From Catajapyx aquilonaris (lineage: Eukaryota), in contig KZ538122.1 of NCBI GenBank assembly GCA_000934665.2, forward strand, positions 1 through 64,000: a stretch of DNA of 64,000 bases, written 5' to 3'. Position 1 is the stretch's first letter, and each line of letters begins with the position of its first letter. The position numbers and the translations under genes were made by a program. Below are positions 48,101-60,844 of this stretch, in pieces. Below the pieces are notes generated by a model that worked only from the letters and a program-made list of their open reading frames with translations, was not told the origin of the DNA and did not search any database.

Positions 48101-51100
48101 CGGGTGCTAGTGCACCAGAAGTCAGTTGATTCGCTTACAGTCGGTGCCTCTGAGGAGTTGGCAGGTGCTACCAGTGACATTCCATACTTGCTGCACAGAC
48201 GCCAGGTAGAGAAGCCCGCCAAACCAGTCCTTACTGCAACAGTTTCAGACAGTGCAAAAGATACAGTGCGACAAGAGCCGTATCGGAAGCGTGCCAGCAA
48301 ATCCATGTCACTACTAGCACGACGCAACTCCCAAGAGATTTTGCGAGCTTCCAGTGATTGCTTGTCAAGACTGGACATGGACCACCCTCGGAAACGTGAG
48401 CAGTCACCAACACTCTTTGCTCGTACGAAAGTTGGTGGGCAATCACCAGTAAAGAAATCACAGAGACGTGCATCCCCAGCATCTCTTCCAAGGCCCAAGT
48501 CTGTTGATTTTGTGGCTGTCCATTGGTTGCCACCCTCAAATGCATTTTCAAGCAAGGATGATACCATTGATGATCCCACACATTGGGGTAGCATGGGATC
48601 CTTAGAGCTGAATGTGATGGACATCATCAAACGTAAAAGGCGTCGGCCAGAAGATGCTAATGGTGTTGCATTCAAGCCACACGTGCAGGTGCGAAATACA
48701 GCATCATGTCCAGCATTTGAACCAGCAGACTTTATTGCATCACCACCAGAAGAAACTGTTCTGGAGGAGCCACCTAAAGAAGAGCCACCGTCACCAGATT
48801 CAAGTCCTGAAATGGTGTCATCTGAAGAAGATAAGATTACATACAGAGAGGGTACCAGAATAGATCTAGACAAGGAAGAAAAGATGGAGCTGGAAGAACC
48901 ACCAATTGAGAAGAGTGGCACCTCTCCCAGTGAAGAGAGTTCCAAGTCAGAGGAGCGTCATGCTACAGTGAAAGAGATGGTGGTGCCAGTACGAGAAACA
49001 ATTGAAGCGGAGGAAGTTGTCAGGGTGACACTTGCAGATGCAGAGACATCTCCTGAGATGGCAGCCAGTCCAACCAAATTGGAGGACGAAGAGCTTTGCT
49101 TAGAATGTGGTGGACGGCTTGTGCCAGATGAAGAGTGCCTCTCAAAGCATGATGATGAGGAAGAGTGTACTGACCATTCTTCATCCATACACCACATTGA
49201 CAGTTCATTGGATGACCCAGCCTTTCCACCTCCACCATCAGATGTCCTCCACCCACACAGTAGCTCTTCAAGTCCTGAAGAGCAGCTGGGTGAGGAAGAA
49301 ACTTCAAGTTCTAACAACCGAGATGATTCACTCCCAGAGGATATAGTGTGCTACACTGAAGCTGAGTACGGCTTTCTAGCATCGGAACTTGGGTATGTCT
49401 TTCCGGTCCGCACCTTGTCACGTATAAGTGAACGCAGTACCACCTCAGAGCAAGAACGCTCAAGTTCCAAGGTGTCTTCACCATCTGCTGCATCAGATGA
49501 TCGCCACTCATCAACTGACCTATCCAGCAGAGACTCAGACCACTCTGAAGACCAACAAGTGCCACGAGGTGCATCTGATGAATTCCCATCACCACCAAGC
49601 ACTTTCTTTGAGAACTTAGAAGGAGGCAGTCATGTGGAGACCTTTTACATGGAAATTAATCCAGATGAAGAGCCACCTCTTTCCCCTGAAGACATGGACA
49701 ATAAGGACCGGACTAGTGCAGATATTGCCCAGTTTGATGACTCAAGTTCTGGAGAGGAAAACAACACACTGCATGATCTGGATGAAGCCTTACAAAAAAG
49801 CATGGAGGGACTGGAATCACTTGCTGGGGATGAGGCACCTCCTGATTATCCAGATGCAGCTGCTGGAGAGTTTGAAGGCCAGTGTGTGAAGATCACTGTC
49901 AGTCCACAGAGGTCTCTGGCAGGAGCATCTGGGGTCAAGACTGCAGTACCTAAACCACCTCCAGTAGATCAGTCAGTTGAGTATGGGCCAACTGGGACAC
50001 TGAAACGGCGACATCGGGTTACCATGGACCTGAAGGTCAAGGATGGCCGAATTATGGATTCAGATAATGGAGGTGACTTGGAGAAGGAAAAGACTGATGA
50101 TGCATGCCTGGAGTGAAACACTTCAACTGATATTACCCAACTTCCAACATTTTTAGCATACGCCACTCTTTGTCAGTCTTCTCAGGATGGTTTTTTGTAA
50201 AAAATTATTTTTTGTTCTGCTTGTTACTTATTAATTTTGATCACTGGGGAGTCTTCTTCATTCTCTTGGTGAACAACGATGAATACTGGTACTTAAAATA
50301 TCATCAGGGGACTTTCAATACTGGTAATGGAAATCATTAAACAGAAGTATTTCAATGAGAGTGAAGAACTCAGGGATAACACAGGAAAACCACATCACTC
50401 TTATGTATTAGTTATGCGATTTCATTTAATTGTAAGCAATCTTATTTTAAACATAACCCATAGACTGGATGAGTCTACACTCATGTGGTTGTGAGTACCT
50501 TAAGCTATAGATTTTAAAACTATGAAGCATTAATTTTGACTTGGCCACCCATATTGTCTATTCTATATCATAAGCATTGAGTAAGTCACATGCACAAGTT
50601 TTTCAAAATGTCCAAAGATTTGTAGTGCTGTGGTACACTTGCGTCACATTTGGTTTATATGAGGTGAATTGTTAACGTGCATGTGGCACAACTGAAATGT
50701 GCAAGGCAGCCTTTCATTTTTGGCTATTCAAAATTGGCAGTACATGTATCACTTATATTGTACTGAATACTGACAATCAGCAGCAAATATTCTGTCCACT
50801 ACAGTTGGTATGCTGGTCTTTTTTGCCTGCCTAGCATTTACAGTCCATAGAGGAAATGTGTAGAAGCATACTGTGGGCTAAATGAATGAACACGTCTTGT
50901 GCTTTGTTAAACTGAGATCATACATGATTTCTATCAGCAGTGGATATTGTCAGGTATCAGACATGCGTCCACAAAGCTAGCTACATAAGCCAGTTGCCTC
51001 ATTGGGACGGTTGGTTAAACTCAGCCACTTGAAGCTAATGCAGGAAGATTGGAGAAAGTTGTACTGTACATTGACTCATTGGCCAATTCCGTCTTTCAAG

Positions 51101-54100
51101 GCTCTGAATATGAGATTATTAGAGATATGAGAGATTTTGGAAGTTGCCTATATGAGAATAAACTTACAGTTAGTGGTATTGTATTTTTTCATATTTGAAA
51201 ATATTAATACCAGATTGAAGGTTTCCTTTTTTGTGAGAGGCAGACTTCCATGCAAAATAATAAATATAATAATTGGCTACAGTGTGATAGGCCTGTGGCC
51301 TCTTTGGGACATTATTTTCCATGTCTGACTTTATTAATCGCTGCATTGCTGATGTATTTTGGTTGTCCAAGGAAATAGGAGAACCCAGATAAAACCCGTG
51401 CGAATACAGAGAGAACCCACCAAGGCTTACCTCCATGCATAGCCTGCAATAAATATAATTGTCCACATTATGTAAGTCGCCAGGATGAAAATGGAAGTAT
51501 TCGACATTAACAAGCTAAAATAATGAAATCAATCAGTGGTCCCATATTTTTTCCACTAAATTTTTATAAGGAATTGGTCAATTTGTCTTGATGCTGCTTT
51601 TTCTGCCCATCCAATGCTGACAGCCTGATAAATGTTAATCTCATCACTTACGCCATATCATGCAGAGAAGATGTTGGGAATTTAGAATCTGCAAAAATGA
51701 TGTCTAGGTGATGTGTCAGACAACCTCTCAAATCCAGGTTTATTCAATGCCTAATTAATGCTCAAGGATTTTGTCAGTTGACGTATTATAAAACCAACTT
51801 GAACTGTAGCTTATTCCAAAGCCTTATGTGTGGTCTCCATGTTATGCTGTGTGTTAGAACTTATTAATTCCTGAAATCTGTCCATATGAAACTTTGAACT
51901 CTTCCCGTCCCATCTTTTTGCTGTCTTTCAACAAGTCGCTTCAATTACCTGTGCAGAATGTCACGTGTGGTGAAACACTTTGTGTAAAGTGTTTAAATTA
52001 ATCTCATTGTTTTGTCATTTATAAAGATTCCAGGTAATGTATGTGAAGTATGGTGGAAATCTTCACTGTTTGTATTCTCATCCATAATGATTTCTTATGT
52101 ATAAGGTTGGCTGGGCAAGAAAACTTTGACAATGGGAATGGCTTAATTAGTGTTACGTGTTAACCCTGTAGAGCATCTTTCATTATTTACCTATTAACTA
52201 CGAAGCAAGTTGTGCTTCCTGTTTCACAGCCTAGTTTGTAGCAGAGACATGCTTGAATCTATAGCACTAACAAACTGCATGGAGTTTGGGAACTGGAGTG
52301 CTGATGTATGTTTCTTTTGGCCTTCAGTATACAAGTACACAGAACTCATCCGACATGCTAATCATTTTTTGCACAATTGCCCCTTTTATTTTTGAGCAAA
52401 GTCCCATATCATATTGAGAGAGTAGTTTCTGGGAAGAACTATGCTGTCAGGCAGAAAGTACTTGTGTGATAAATTGTGATGATAAAATTTGCACAAAAAA
52501 TAGTGTATTACGTGAGGAAAAAATACCTTTCGTTCATTACATTTCAGCTTTGGATGGCACCTCATGGCATTACCGTAACGGACTCCCAAACTATCTGGGA
52601 TAGGTTGAGGTGGCTAACTAGGTCGTGACTCCCTTCAAAGGCCCCTATTTATGCAAAGAATCCACAACACATCTCATGTGTGGTAAGACAAGGCTAGCTC
52701 CTTCATCTCTATCCGTATCATGATTGTATAGCCTTGACATAATTATTATCTCTTTTCATTGTTATAATTTTTGGAATGCATCACATTGGGTTTATTATTT
52801 CAATTTAATTTAATTACATCAGAATGCCCAGAATGGATGTTTATTTTCTTTTGGTTTTTCAAACCTGACCGTTTTTACTCGAGCTGTGCCGGAAATTTTT
52901 GTAGCTTGTCTTACCATACATCATGTACATTTTTATTTTGTTTTCAGTGATTAGCAACCCAGGTTCCCAAAATCTACTGCACAGCGCAATTGTCATTTGG
53001 TGCATGCCTTGATGTGTACTCAAGGACATAGTTGCATAGTTTTTGTTGCTACCTTGTGTTAGCTTTCACATCTAACTAACTTTATGCAAAGAGTGAGTCG
53101 CCAGTTTTGCAAAAAGTTAAAGAGATAGTTGTTTTGGCTTCAGACATTTTGAATGCATGTGGAAATTATTTTGCATGTTGGTGAAGCAATGTGCCACAGA
53201 CATTGGGGAGGTATCAAGCATTGATAAAAGGAGACAAGTTATATTGTGATGGAAGCAATGGTTTAGTTTTTGCATTTTACATTTCATTCTTACAGAATAA
53301 CATGTTGAGGGACCTTTGTCTTCCATTGTTATTGAATTACAAGGATGAAACTGCCAAAGGACGGTACAGTACAGACTCTAGTGCCTTTTGTGCACCCAAC
53401 ATTGCTGTGCTGAACTTTTTACACTTGAAGTCATGTGGCATTTTGTACCAAAGTCAGACTTAGGAGACCCCCATTCATTTAGTTTCGCATGTCACTTGCC
53501 TGCTTTGCGAAGTTTTATAATTGCTTCACAGTCATGAGTAGGCTTTCATGTCAGCTTATTCTCATGGCATGTTACAATTATTGTTTAAGTTGCCAATAAT
53601 TTATTGTGATACTAGAAATGGATAGGAAGCTATCCAACAAGTGTTTATAAATATTCTGTAGTTCTTGACTGGAAGACCTGATGTTATTGTTGAAGGTGTA
53701 AGCCAAAGCCAAAAAAATATGAGGCCAGTGGGACTGAACACATGTGAGGTGAAGGGATTGTCATTAGATTTTCTCAATTGACAATTTGTACATAACTGTT
53801 GCTATTATGCAAGGTGATTTCAATTTTTTAAATTCCTTTTTGAGTACCTGCTTAATGATGTGCATTTACCTGAGAGGTGAATGTATTGCAATGTGTATAT
53901 GTATGTGTGTGGACTAAAAGTTATGCTGGACATGACCATGAATCATTTAGTGGTTCACACTGGAGAGTTTGCACAAATGTTGGTTCTATGGGTAGGGTGT
54001 GCATTGGAAGAGGAAACGGAAAATGTGCTTTTAGCAAGAAGCATATTAAACTTTTGTGTTCAAGAGCATTATCTAACATACTGTAGACATATGCACCCTT

Positions 54101-57100
54101 GGAAATTTTGTAGAACAGGACCAGCAATCAAAGGAGACCATATCACAAAGGCTTAGGAAGAACCATGTTATTTTATTACTGGCCAATTCCCTCAGAAATA
54201 CTTACTTTTCCTTAAAATTTTGGAATTGTCATTTCTACAGTTTTGATTTTGACAGTGTGACAAAAGTTACCTTTTTAAATACATAGTAGTGGTAGAGCAA
54301 TGCTAGATATTTGTTTACTTTACTGAAAATGATGTGCAATGTGTCTCAGTGCAGATTATAAACTTTTTTCTGGGAGACCTATACACATTTCCCCTGGCAG
54401 TACAAATGCATGGAATTTGCATCTACTGAGTTTCACGAAATACAGTAAACCGTGGTGTATTTGTTACTGCTACCACATTTGAAAAGACTTGAATTTGTAA
54501 GTCTCTGAGGCAGTGGCTCTTGGTTGTGATAATGCAAATGTGCCAAAAGTATTAATATGTCAGTGCGCGTAATACCTAGAGGGACGCAGAATATGCATTA
54601 TATTGTGGGCAATGTGAAAACATGCCACGTCATTTATTTGCTTTCGAAGTTGGATGCCAAATTAGTGGCACGTGCATCACAGCATTAGAAAATATTGTGA
54701 ATCATTGGCACCTACAGCTTTACCTTGCACTCTTTGTAGTAACTTCAACACTTTGGATATTTCTGACTGAACTAGGATGCTGACTGTTGTAGTATTATTC
54801 AGCAATGAAAAATCAGCAACCTCGGTGGACTTGAGAGCATGTATGCTATTGACCAGAATCACTTAGGGTTGCTCAAACTTAAGGTCAGCAGACTGCATTT
54901 GACCACTTTGCAGTAGACTATTCATCCTTTAGAGATTTTCACCTTACCGGCTTGGAAATTGACTTGAAGAGGGTTGCTGATCTATTACTGTATTTCCGTG
55001 AAAGTAGATTTTCAAGGAAGATATGGCAAGCAAAAGGGGATCAGACCAATACATTTTTATAAGTGCATAAAAGTTGACATGAGAGAATAAGAATAATTAC
55101 TTACACAAATTTGTATTTAGCAATTGTGCCCTGATTCAAAATGTCGTAGAGGATTTTTCTTTTTAGGTACCATATCGTTTTAAAAATCTCAACAATAATT
55201 GTCTTATAATGCGTACTTTTGCATCCATGTGTTGGATGTTGGGATCGAGTTCCTTAGACCAGTGGAGTACAGCATGTCCTAGAGATCTTTCCAATTGCAC
55301 TGTATAAATTCAGATAATCTCAGCTTTCTTCTTCACCTTTTGCTAACAATTGTTTCTGAACATTACAAAAGTCGTAGCCCTTAGATGGTATTGGTGCCAC
55401 TAGGCGCATGAACTTTCTCCACAGTTTATGAATACAATTGGTGATCAAAGCAATAATACATACCTTGCCAAAAAAAATTGTCCATAGTCAATATGTATGG
55501 TATGCAAGAGACAGGTACAATAGTGCCTTCCATCATATTCGAGCCCCGGGGTTGATTGTGAGAGGTGAAATTCCTTGTTAGGTTGAACTACACAGTGGTA
55601 CTTGAGATATGATAATTGTTTTATAACTGGTCAGAAACAGTTGCAACAATAAAGGAGGAGACAATTCTACTTTCTACTATCGCTGCAACATAGGTTTTTT
55701 CTGTCATGTTTGATATGTTGTTCAGTTATTGTTTTCCTAGTCAACTGCCAGTTTACATTGTATAACTCTTAGAATATAATTATTTAACTACAAGCCAAGT
55801 GAACAATTTATGGCGGAAACTTTAGACTGTACAGACATAGGCTCAGTGTTGAATAAAAGATTTTTACAATATTCCATGTAATGAGTGCTTTGTCACATTT
55901 GCGGTCAGTTTCTATCCGTTAATTATTTCTCAAGGTTACTTCATGCTCAAATTATGGCCGGTTGGGTAAGTGAATATAACTGTATGTAAAATGTCAAGTA
56001 CTTTTTCATATTGCATGTTGTGGTACATGCTACTTCTTTCATTTGATAGTGATTGATGTTGTCAGTTGTAAACAATACTAGTCTGTGAACACCGAGGCTG
56101 AAATGTGGGCGCCATGGAGAATAGAGCGAAGAAAATTTTCTAAACTATAGTGTGCATGATGTGGACGTAGAGAAGGTGTATGATGTAGTGCCCATTTTTA
56201 TCAATCTTGTAGCATGGTTATTGTGGGGTTAGTGGAGCGAAGTGTTATAAGGGTAACTCAAGTGCAGCTGAAAGCTGAATTTTAATTCAGTTGCTTTAGT
56301 ACTGGGAGCTGTTATGAGGGGGGAAATGAAGTGTTTTTCATTGGTACTTCAGCAATAATGGAAAGCATTTTCATTTTGTTATTTCAAGCTGTACTAGTTG
56401 TTGATATGGGCTGGCACATTGCATTGCTTTACTTTCATTGCTGTATGCCATGTTTTATAGCTGGTTATTGTTGTTTTAAATGGTATGTGTATTTTTCATG
56501 TGTTTCAAAGGCATGTTTGTGACTGTTTTCAACTCTGATTTTCAGAAAAGCCTGTCACTCCACAAACACCACCACCACCCTACCCTGGTCTTCAGTTGGC
56601 ACCTGCACCTTTTCCCATCACGAATCATAAGGACACCAACGACACATTCAAGTATGTTGCAATTTTATCATTGCTTTTGGACATTTTACATTTCCAGTTG
56701 TACTCTACCATGAATATAACTCAACTTACTCTTTTTTGTGAAGTGGTGAGAACCACAATCATTCTGAGGTAGCAACACCATTGATGAGTCCCACACGAAA
56801 CATGGCAGATTTGTCACCTTCAATTCCATCCCCCACTCACCGAATTGTCACTGAAGCTGAAGTTGAGGTCCGGAAGAAGGTATGACTACCCATTCAAACA
56901 TATTGAGGCATGTAAACTCACCTTTCGAATATTCTGTTACAGAAACATTTTTCTGACAAGACATACTTCATAGTTAAAGAGCTTCTGATGACAGAGCATA
57001 CATACAAGAAAGACCTGGAAGTTATTGACCTCGTAAGTTCTGCATTTGGGAGAATAAATAGGCTCGGAAATTAATTAATTTAACTAAACCTTCTTACAGT

Positions 57101-59648
57101 GGTTTCGAGATGAAGTGAGTAAAGAAGAATTAATGCCTGAAGAGCTTCTGAATCTCATGTTCACCCTGATTGACCCCATATACGAATTCCACTGTGGGTT
57201 TGTAAAGGAAATTGAGCAGCGTCTGAATGCATGGTGAGTGTAGCTCATGAGCATTCAGATCTATTAGCAATCTATAACATTAGTATAACAGTTGTGACGT
57301 GTAATTACAGGGAGGGAAAGATATCCACTTACATCAAACCTGATTGCCATCGGATTGGGGATGTGATGCTGAAAAATGCGAGCCTTCTTCAGGTATGCAA
57401 CATAACGATGAATTTCTTCCCTCAAAATGACACCTACTTTCATCCTAGTTGTATGCACCATACATCGACAAGCACACACTAATCTTGGAAAGGCTGGACC
57501 AGGCGTTCAGGCTCAACAAGAAGTTTGAGCAGGTTTACAAAGACTTTGAGTTGCAGAAGGTCTGCTACTTGCCCTTCACCACATTCATACTGAAACCACT
57601 TCAAAGGCTACTTCACTACAAGCGAATACTTGAACGTAAGTGCTTTATTTTTACTGGAAGAAAAAGCCTTTATTTACAGCCAATGTTCATTTGAATGGTT
57701 GGCATTAATTTTAATTCTTAGATAACATTTCTGGAATCTTGTAATTTTCAAATAATGCGTGGAACGGACAATTTTTTGCTCTCTGAAAAGCTGCAGCCTG
57801 CATTATTTTATGGCATTTGATAAATTCTGTGAACCCATATCCTGCATCATATTTTTACATGCTTTTTACTGTTGGTTTTTGTCCGTAGGTCTCATGGCAT
57901 ACTATGGTAAGGATCATCCAGACTTCGCAGATTGCAAGAATGCAAAGGAAAACCTGGATAAAGTGGCACTGAAGCTTCCAGACATTCTTAAATCATCAGT
58001 AAGGCCTACTCTGCTTTGTAATATTTTCGTACACAAATATACCCATTTTGTTATATTCTCTTTCATCCTCATAGGAAAATTTTGTGAAGTTGGTTGAACT
58101 GCAGCGGGAATTGGTAGGAATTGAGAACCTGGCTCAGAACAAACGGGAATTCATTCGTGAAGGAAGCTTGCAAAAGTTATCGTGGAAGGGATACCAGCAG
58201 CGAATGTTCTTTCTGGTAAAAGTTATAGAGGAATATTTTAGGTGGAGTCTTATTTAACCATTTTGAACTCTAGTTTTCAGACCTCTTGCTGTACACAAAC
58301 CGAACCACAGTTCCTACCCTCCAGTTCAAAGTGCATGGGCAGCTGCCTCTTAGAGGGGTCATGGTTGAGGAGACTGAGAGTAAAATGGGAGCACAGAATT
58401 GCTTTACCATTTATGGTGGAAACAGGTAAGAGTCGCTATATCAATAATGATTTGCAGGTCAATGTGATCGTGACACGTGCTTAGCCTGTGCACGTTAGCT
58501 GCGATGTCACTACAGATATGGAAGTATGTTGTTTTGTACTCTGTAATAGCAACCATGCCATTTTTCAACCTCATAAAATAATGAAATACAAATTTATCCA
58601 AGAATCTATTTAATTGATTTTGATGCTAATAAATGAACTGTGTTTTTACATGCAGGGCTCTCATGGTATCAGCCACTTCACAAGAAGAAAAAGACAAGTG
58701 GATGGAAGAACTGACCCAGGCTGTTCATGCAGCTAAGGAGAAGCCTGATGACAAGCTTCAAAGTCTAAGTTTCAAGTCCAGTAAGTTGGGTTCCACCTGT
58801 CAGCTGCCTTTGTAAAAGCCATCACTAATTTTAAAATGTTGCCATAGGCCCTTCAGAAGAGGTTCTCAATCACACTGACGCCTTGGTTGAGCCTGGACAA
58901 CAACGTCCAGGTGACAAGCATGCCCAACAAAGGAGCAACACTACAGTCCATGTTTGTTGGCACCGAAACACAAGTGTCAGCATGAAGGATCAGCTACGCA
59001 CAACGGAAGTAAGTGTCACGATATTTTGTCATCCAGTACCTGCACTTGAATAAACATTAAATATTCAAAGGGAATGGAGATAGATTACTGAAATAGACCA
59101 CTACACATCTAATAAACAGCTGGATGTGATTTGTATACATTTTTGTCATGTTAACCGCTTCTTTATTTAACAGAATCAATTGAGCGGTTACCTCCTTCGA
59201 AAATTTAAGAACAGCAATGGCTGGCAGAAACTGTGGGTAGTGTTCACCAACTTCTGTCTGTTCTTCTATAAGACTTACCAGGTGAGTTACAGATGTATGG
59301 TAGGCATGGCTTACGTAATTAATGGCTCAATTAAACTCATTTCAGGATGACTTTCCTCTGGCAAGTCTACCTTTGTTGGGTTACACAATCTCCACTCCTG
59401 GTGAGAAGGATGGGATTCAGAAGGACTTCGTGTTCAAGTTGCAGTTCAAGAACCATGTTTACTTCTTCCGGGCTGAGAGCGAATACACGTTCAGCAGGTA
59501 TGATGCATTGCCAGGTCAGTGCGTGACTGAATTCTCACTTATGTTTGTTCCCATCAGGTGGATGGAAGTAATAAGTAGCGCAACCCAACACTCAGGAAGA
59601 ATACGGCTTTTCAGCCGCAAGGAGAGCGCTGCTGTGGACATTGCCTAA
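36147..59648 (+). CDS. FARP2: FERM, RhoGEF (DH) and pleckstrin domain protein (FARP1/FARP2, Drosophila Cdep orthologue)
   Basis: Exons 36147-36338, 42775-42879, 42952-43174, 43254-43377, 43449-43536, 44755-44910, 45661-45821, 45915-45989, 46584-46684, 47340-47705, 56546-56651, 56744-56879, 56943-57032, 57100-57233, 57311-57392, 57449-57635, 57889-57998, 58075-58215, 58274-58425, 58656-58780, 58848-59008, 59174-59281, 59346-59497, 59558-59648. FERM ([27 protein letters not shown]), FA ([13 protein letters not shown]), DH (KELLMTE, LKPLQRL), PH2 ([18 protein letters not shown]). AATAAA at 60442. Confidence 0.95.
43923..44505. mobile_element. Tigger/pogo-derived non-autonomous element in a FARP intron
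   Basis: TA-flanked TIRs CAGTAAAACTTCTATAAG / CTTATAGAAGTTTTATTG, with multiple subterminal TTCGA(G/C)TTA repeats. On the - strand a remnant ends ...[15 protein letters not shown], resembling the pogo C-terminal QxxIxxFF motif. Confidence 0.8.
47340..50116 (+). CDS. Extended alternative terminal exon of FARP/Cdep (~925 aa, low-complexity acidic/Ser/Pro-rich)
   Basis: Uninterrupted ORF in phase with upstream exon 46584-46684. It reads through the internal donor CAG|GTCAGG at 47705/47706 to TGA at 50114-50116. Confidence 0.85.
51370..51445 (-). mobile_element. Decayed SINE central-domain fragment
   Basis: GGAAATAGGAGAACCCAGATAAAACCCGTGCGAATACAGAGAGAAC resembles, from memory, the reverse complement of a widespread SINE core (GGAAACCGGAGNACCCGGAGRAAACCCACGC...ACGGGGAGAAC). 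No head or target-site duplication seen. Confidence 0.4.
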
Positions 59649-60844
59649 GTGTGGAATTTCTTTTTCATTGCAAGGAAAGGACAATCAACTCTGCCAATGA
59701 GATTGGCACCACTTAAATTTTTTCACTTTCAGTGGCATCTGTGTTGTATAGATTCACAGGGTTAATTGTTTTTTAAATCTCTAAAAATTTTGCTATTAGA
59801 GGTACATTCATTGGTGCTCAAAACAGTGCCAATATTTTTTTATCACATGATGTTTATGGTGAGTTTTGCACTCAAGTTGTGTAGATTTAATAAACTGTCA
59901 GTGAAATGTGGACCACTAATACGTAAGTTAATAATCATTAACTCACCACCATTTTTGGCTTCAAGTAGTAGTTCACAGCATATTTTACAGAGTTAACTTG
60001 CGTCCACTATTTATTACTGCAGCAGTTATATTTTATAAACATATGCGTCGTAAGATTTTTTGTTTCTTTTTGAACGTAATGATTAAGGGTAATTTTTATG
60101 TGACTTTGTCAAAGACAACCAAGTTCATTTAGCATATCATTTTTTAGCTTCCAGTAAGTTGGAACTGTATATTTGCCCTCGGGTTCTCATTAGAGGATTT
60201 TCGTTTGTCGTTTGGATTCCCCCATTTTCCCTGTGTACTAATATCTAGTCTCACTTTTTCCTCACCTTACATTTTATTTAGTTGATCTATACATGTATGT
60301 TATAATTTTTGAAAGTATACGTTGATTGATTAATTACATGTGTTCCAGTGAGACTTGATTGATTTGTAATTTAGTTTCATAAGTGTGAGAATAATTCTTT
60401 ACATACCTATATAATGTAATACCAGGCATTTTTGGAGTGAAAATAAATGAATTTCGTATTTTAAAATGCAACTGATTTGTTTAATATGCCTCTGTTATTT
60501 GATTTTCAATTATTTGAAGTAAAGGGAACCATCATGTAGTAATTGAAGATACATGTACGGATGACGGGAATTAAGAAATTCCATGACATGCAGCTTTTGG
60601 TAATGCCTTGGGTAATGTTGTGCAAGGCTGACGGTACAAATTTTGTTACGGTACTAGTGCCAGCCAATCACTGCTCCGGATGTGCCTGCATCAAAGATGG
60701 CTTCCTCAATGATCTGATGTGGCAGCAGTAACTCTACTCCATCGTTGGCCTAAACCGAGGAAAAGGCGTGAATGTCTGCAGCTGAGTGCTGTCTGCTCTG
60801 AAACATCCGAACGGCCAGGAGCAGGTAGTTTCCCCACTGGCAGG

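Noticed and set aside
52949..52963. Possible 15-nt exon TGATTAGCAACCCAG after a strong acceptor
   Set aside because: The donor GTTCCC is very weak and there is no other support.
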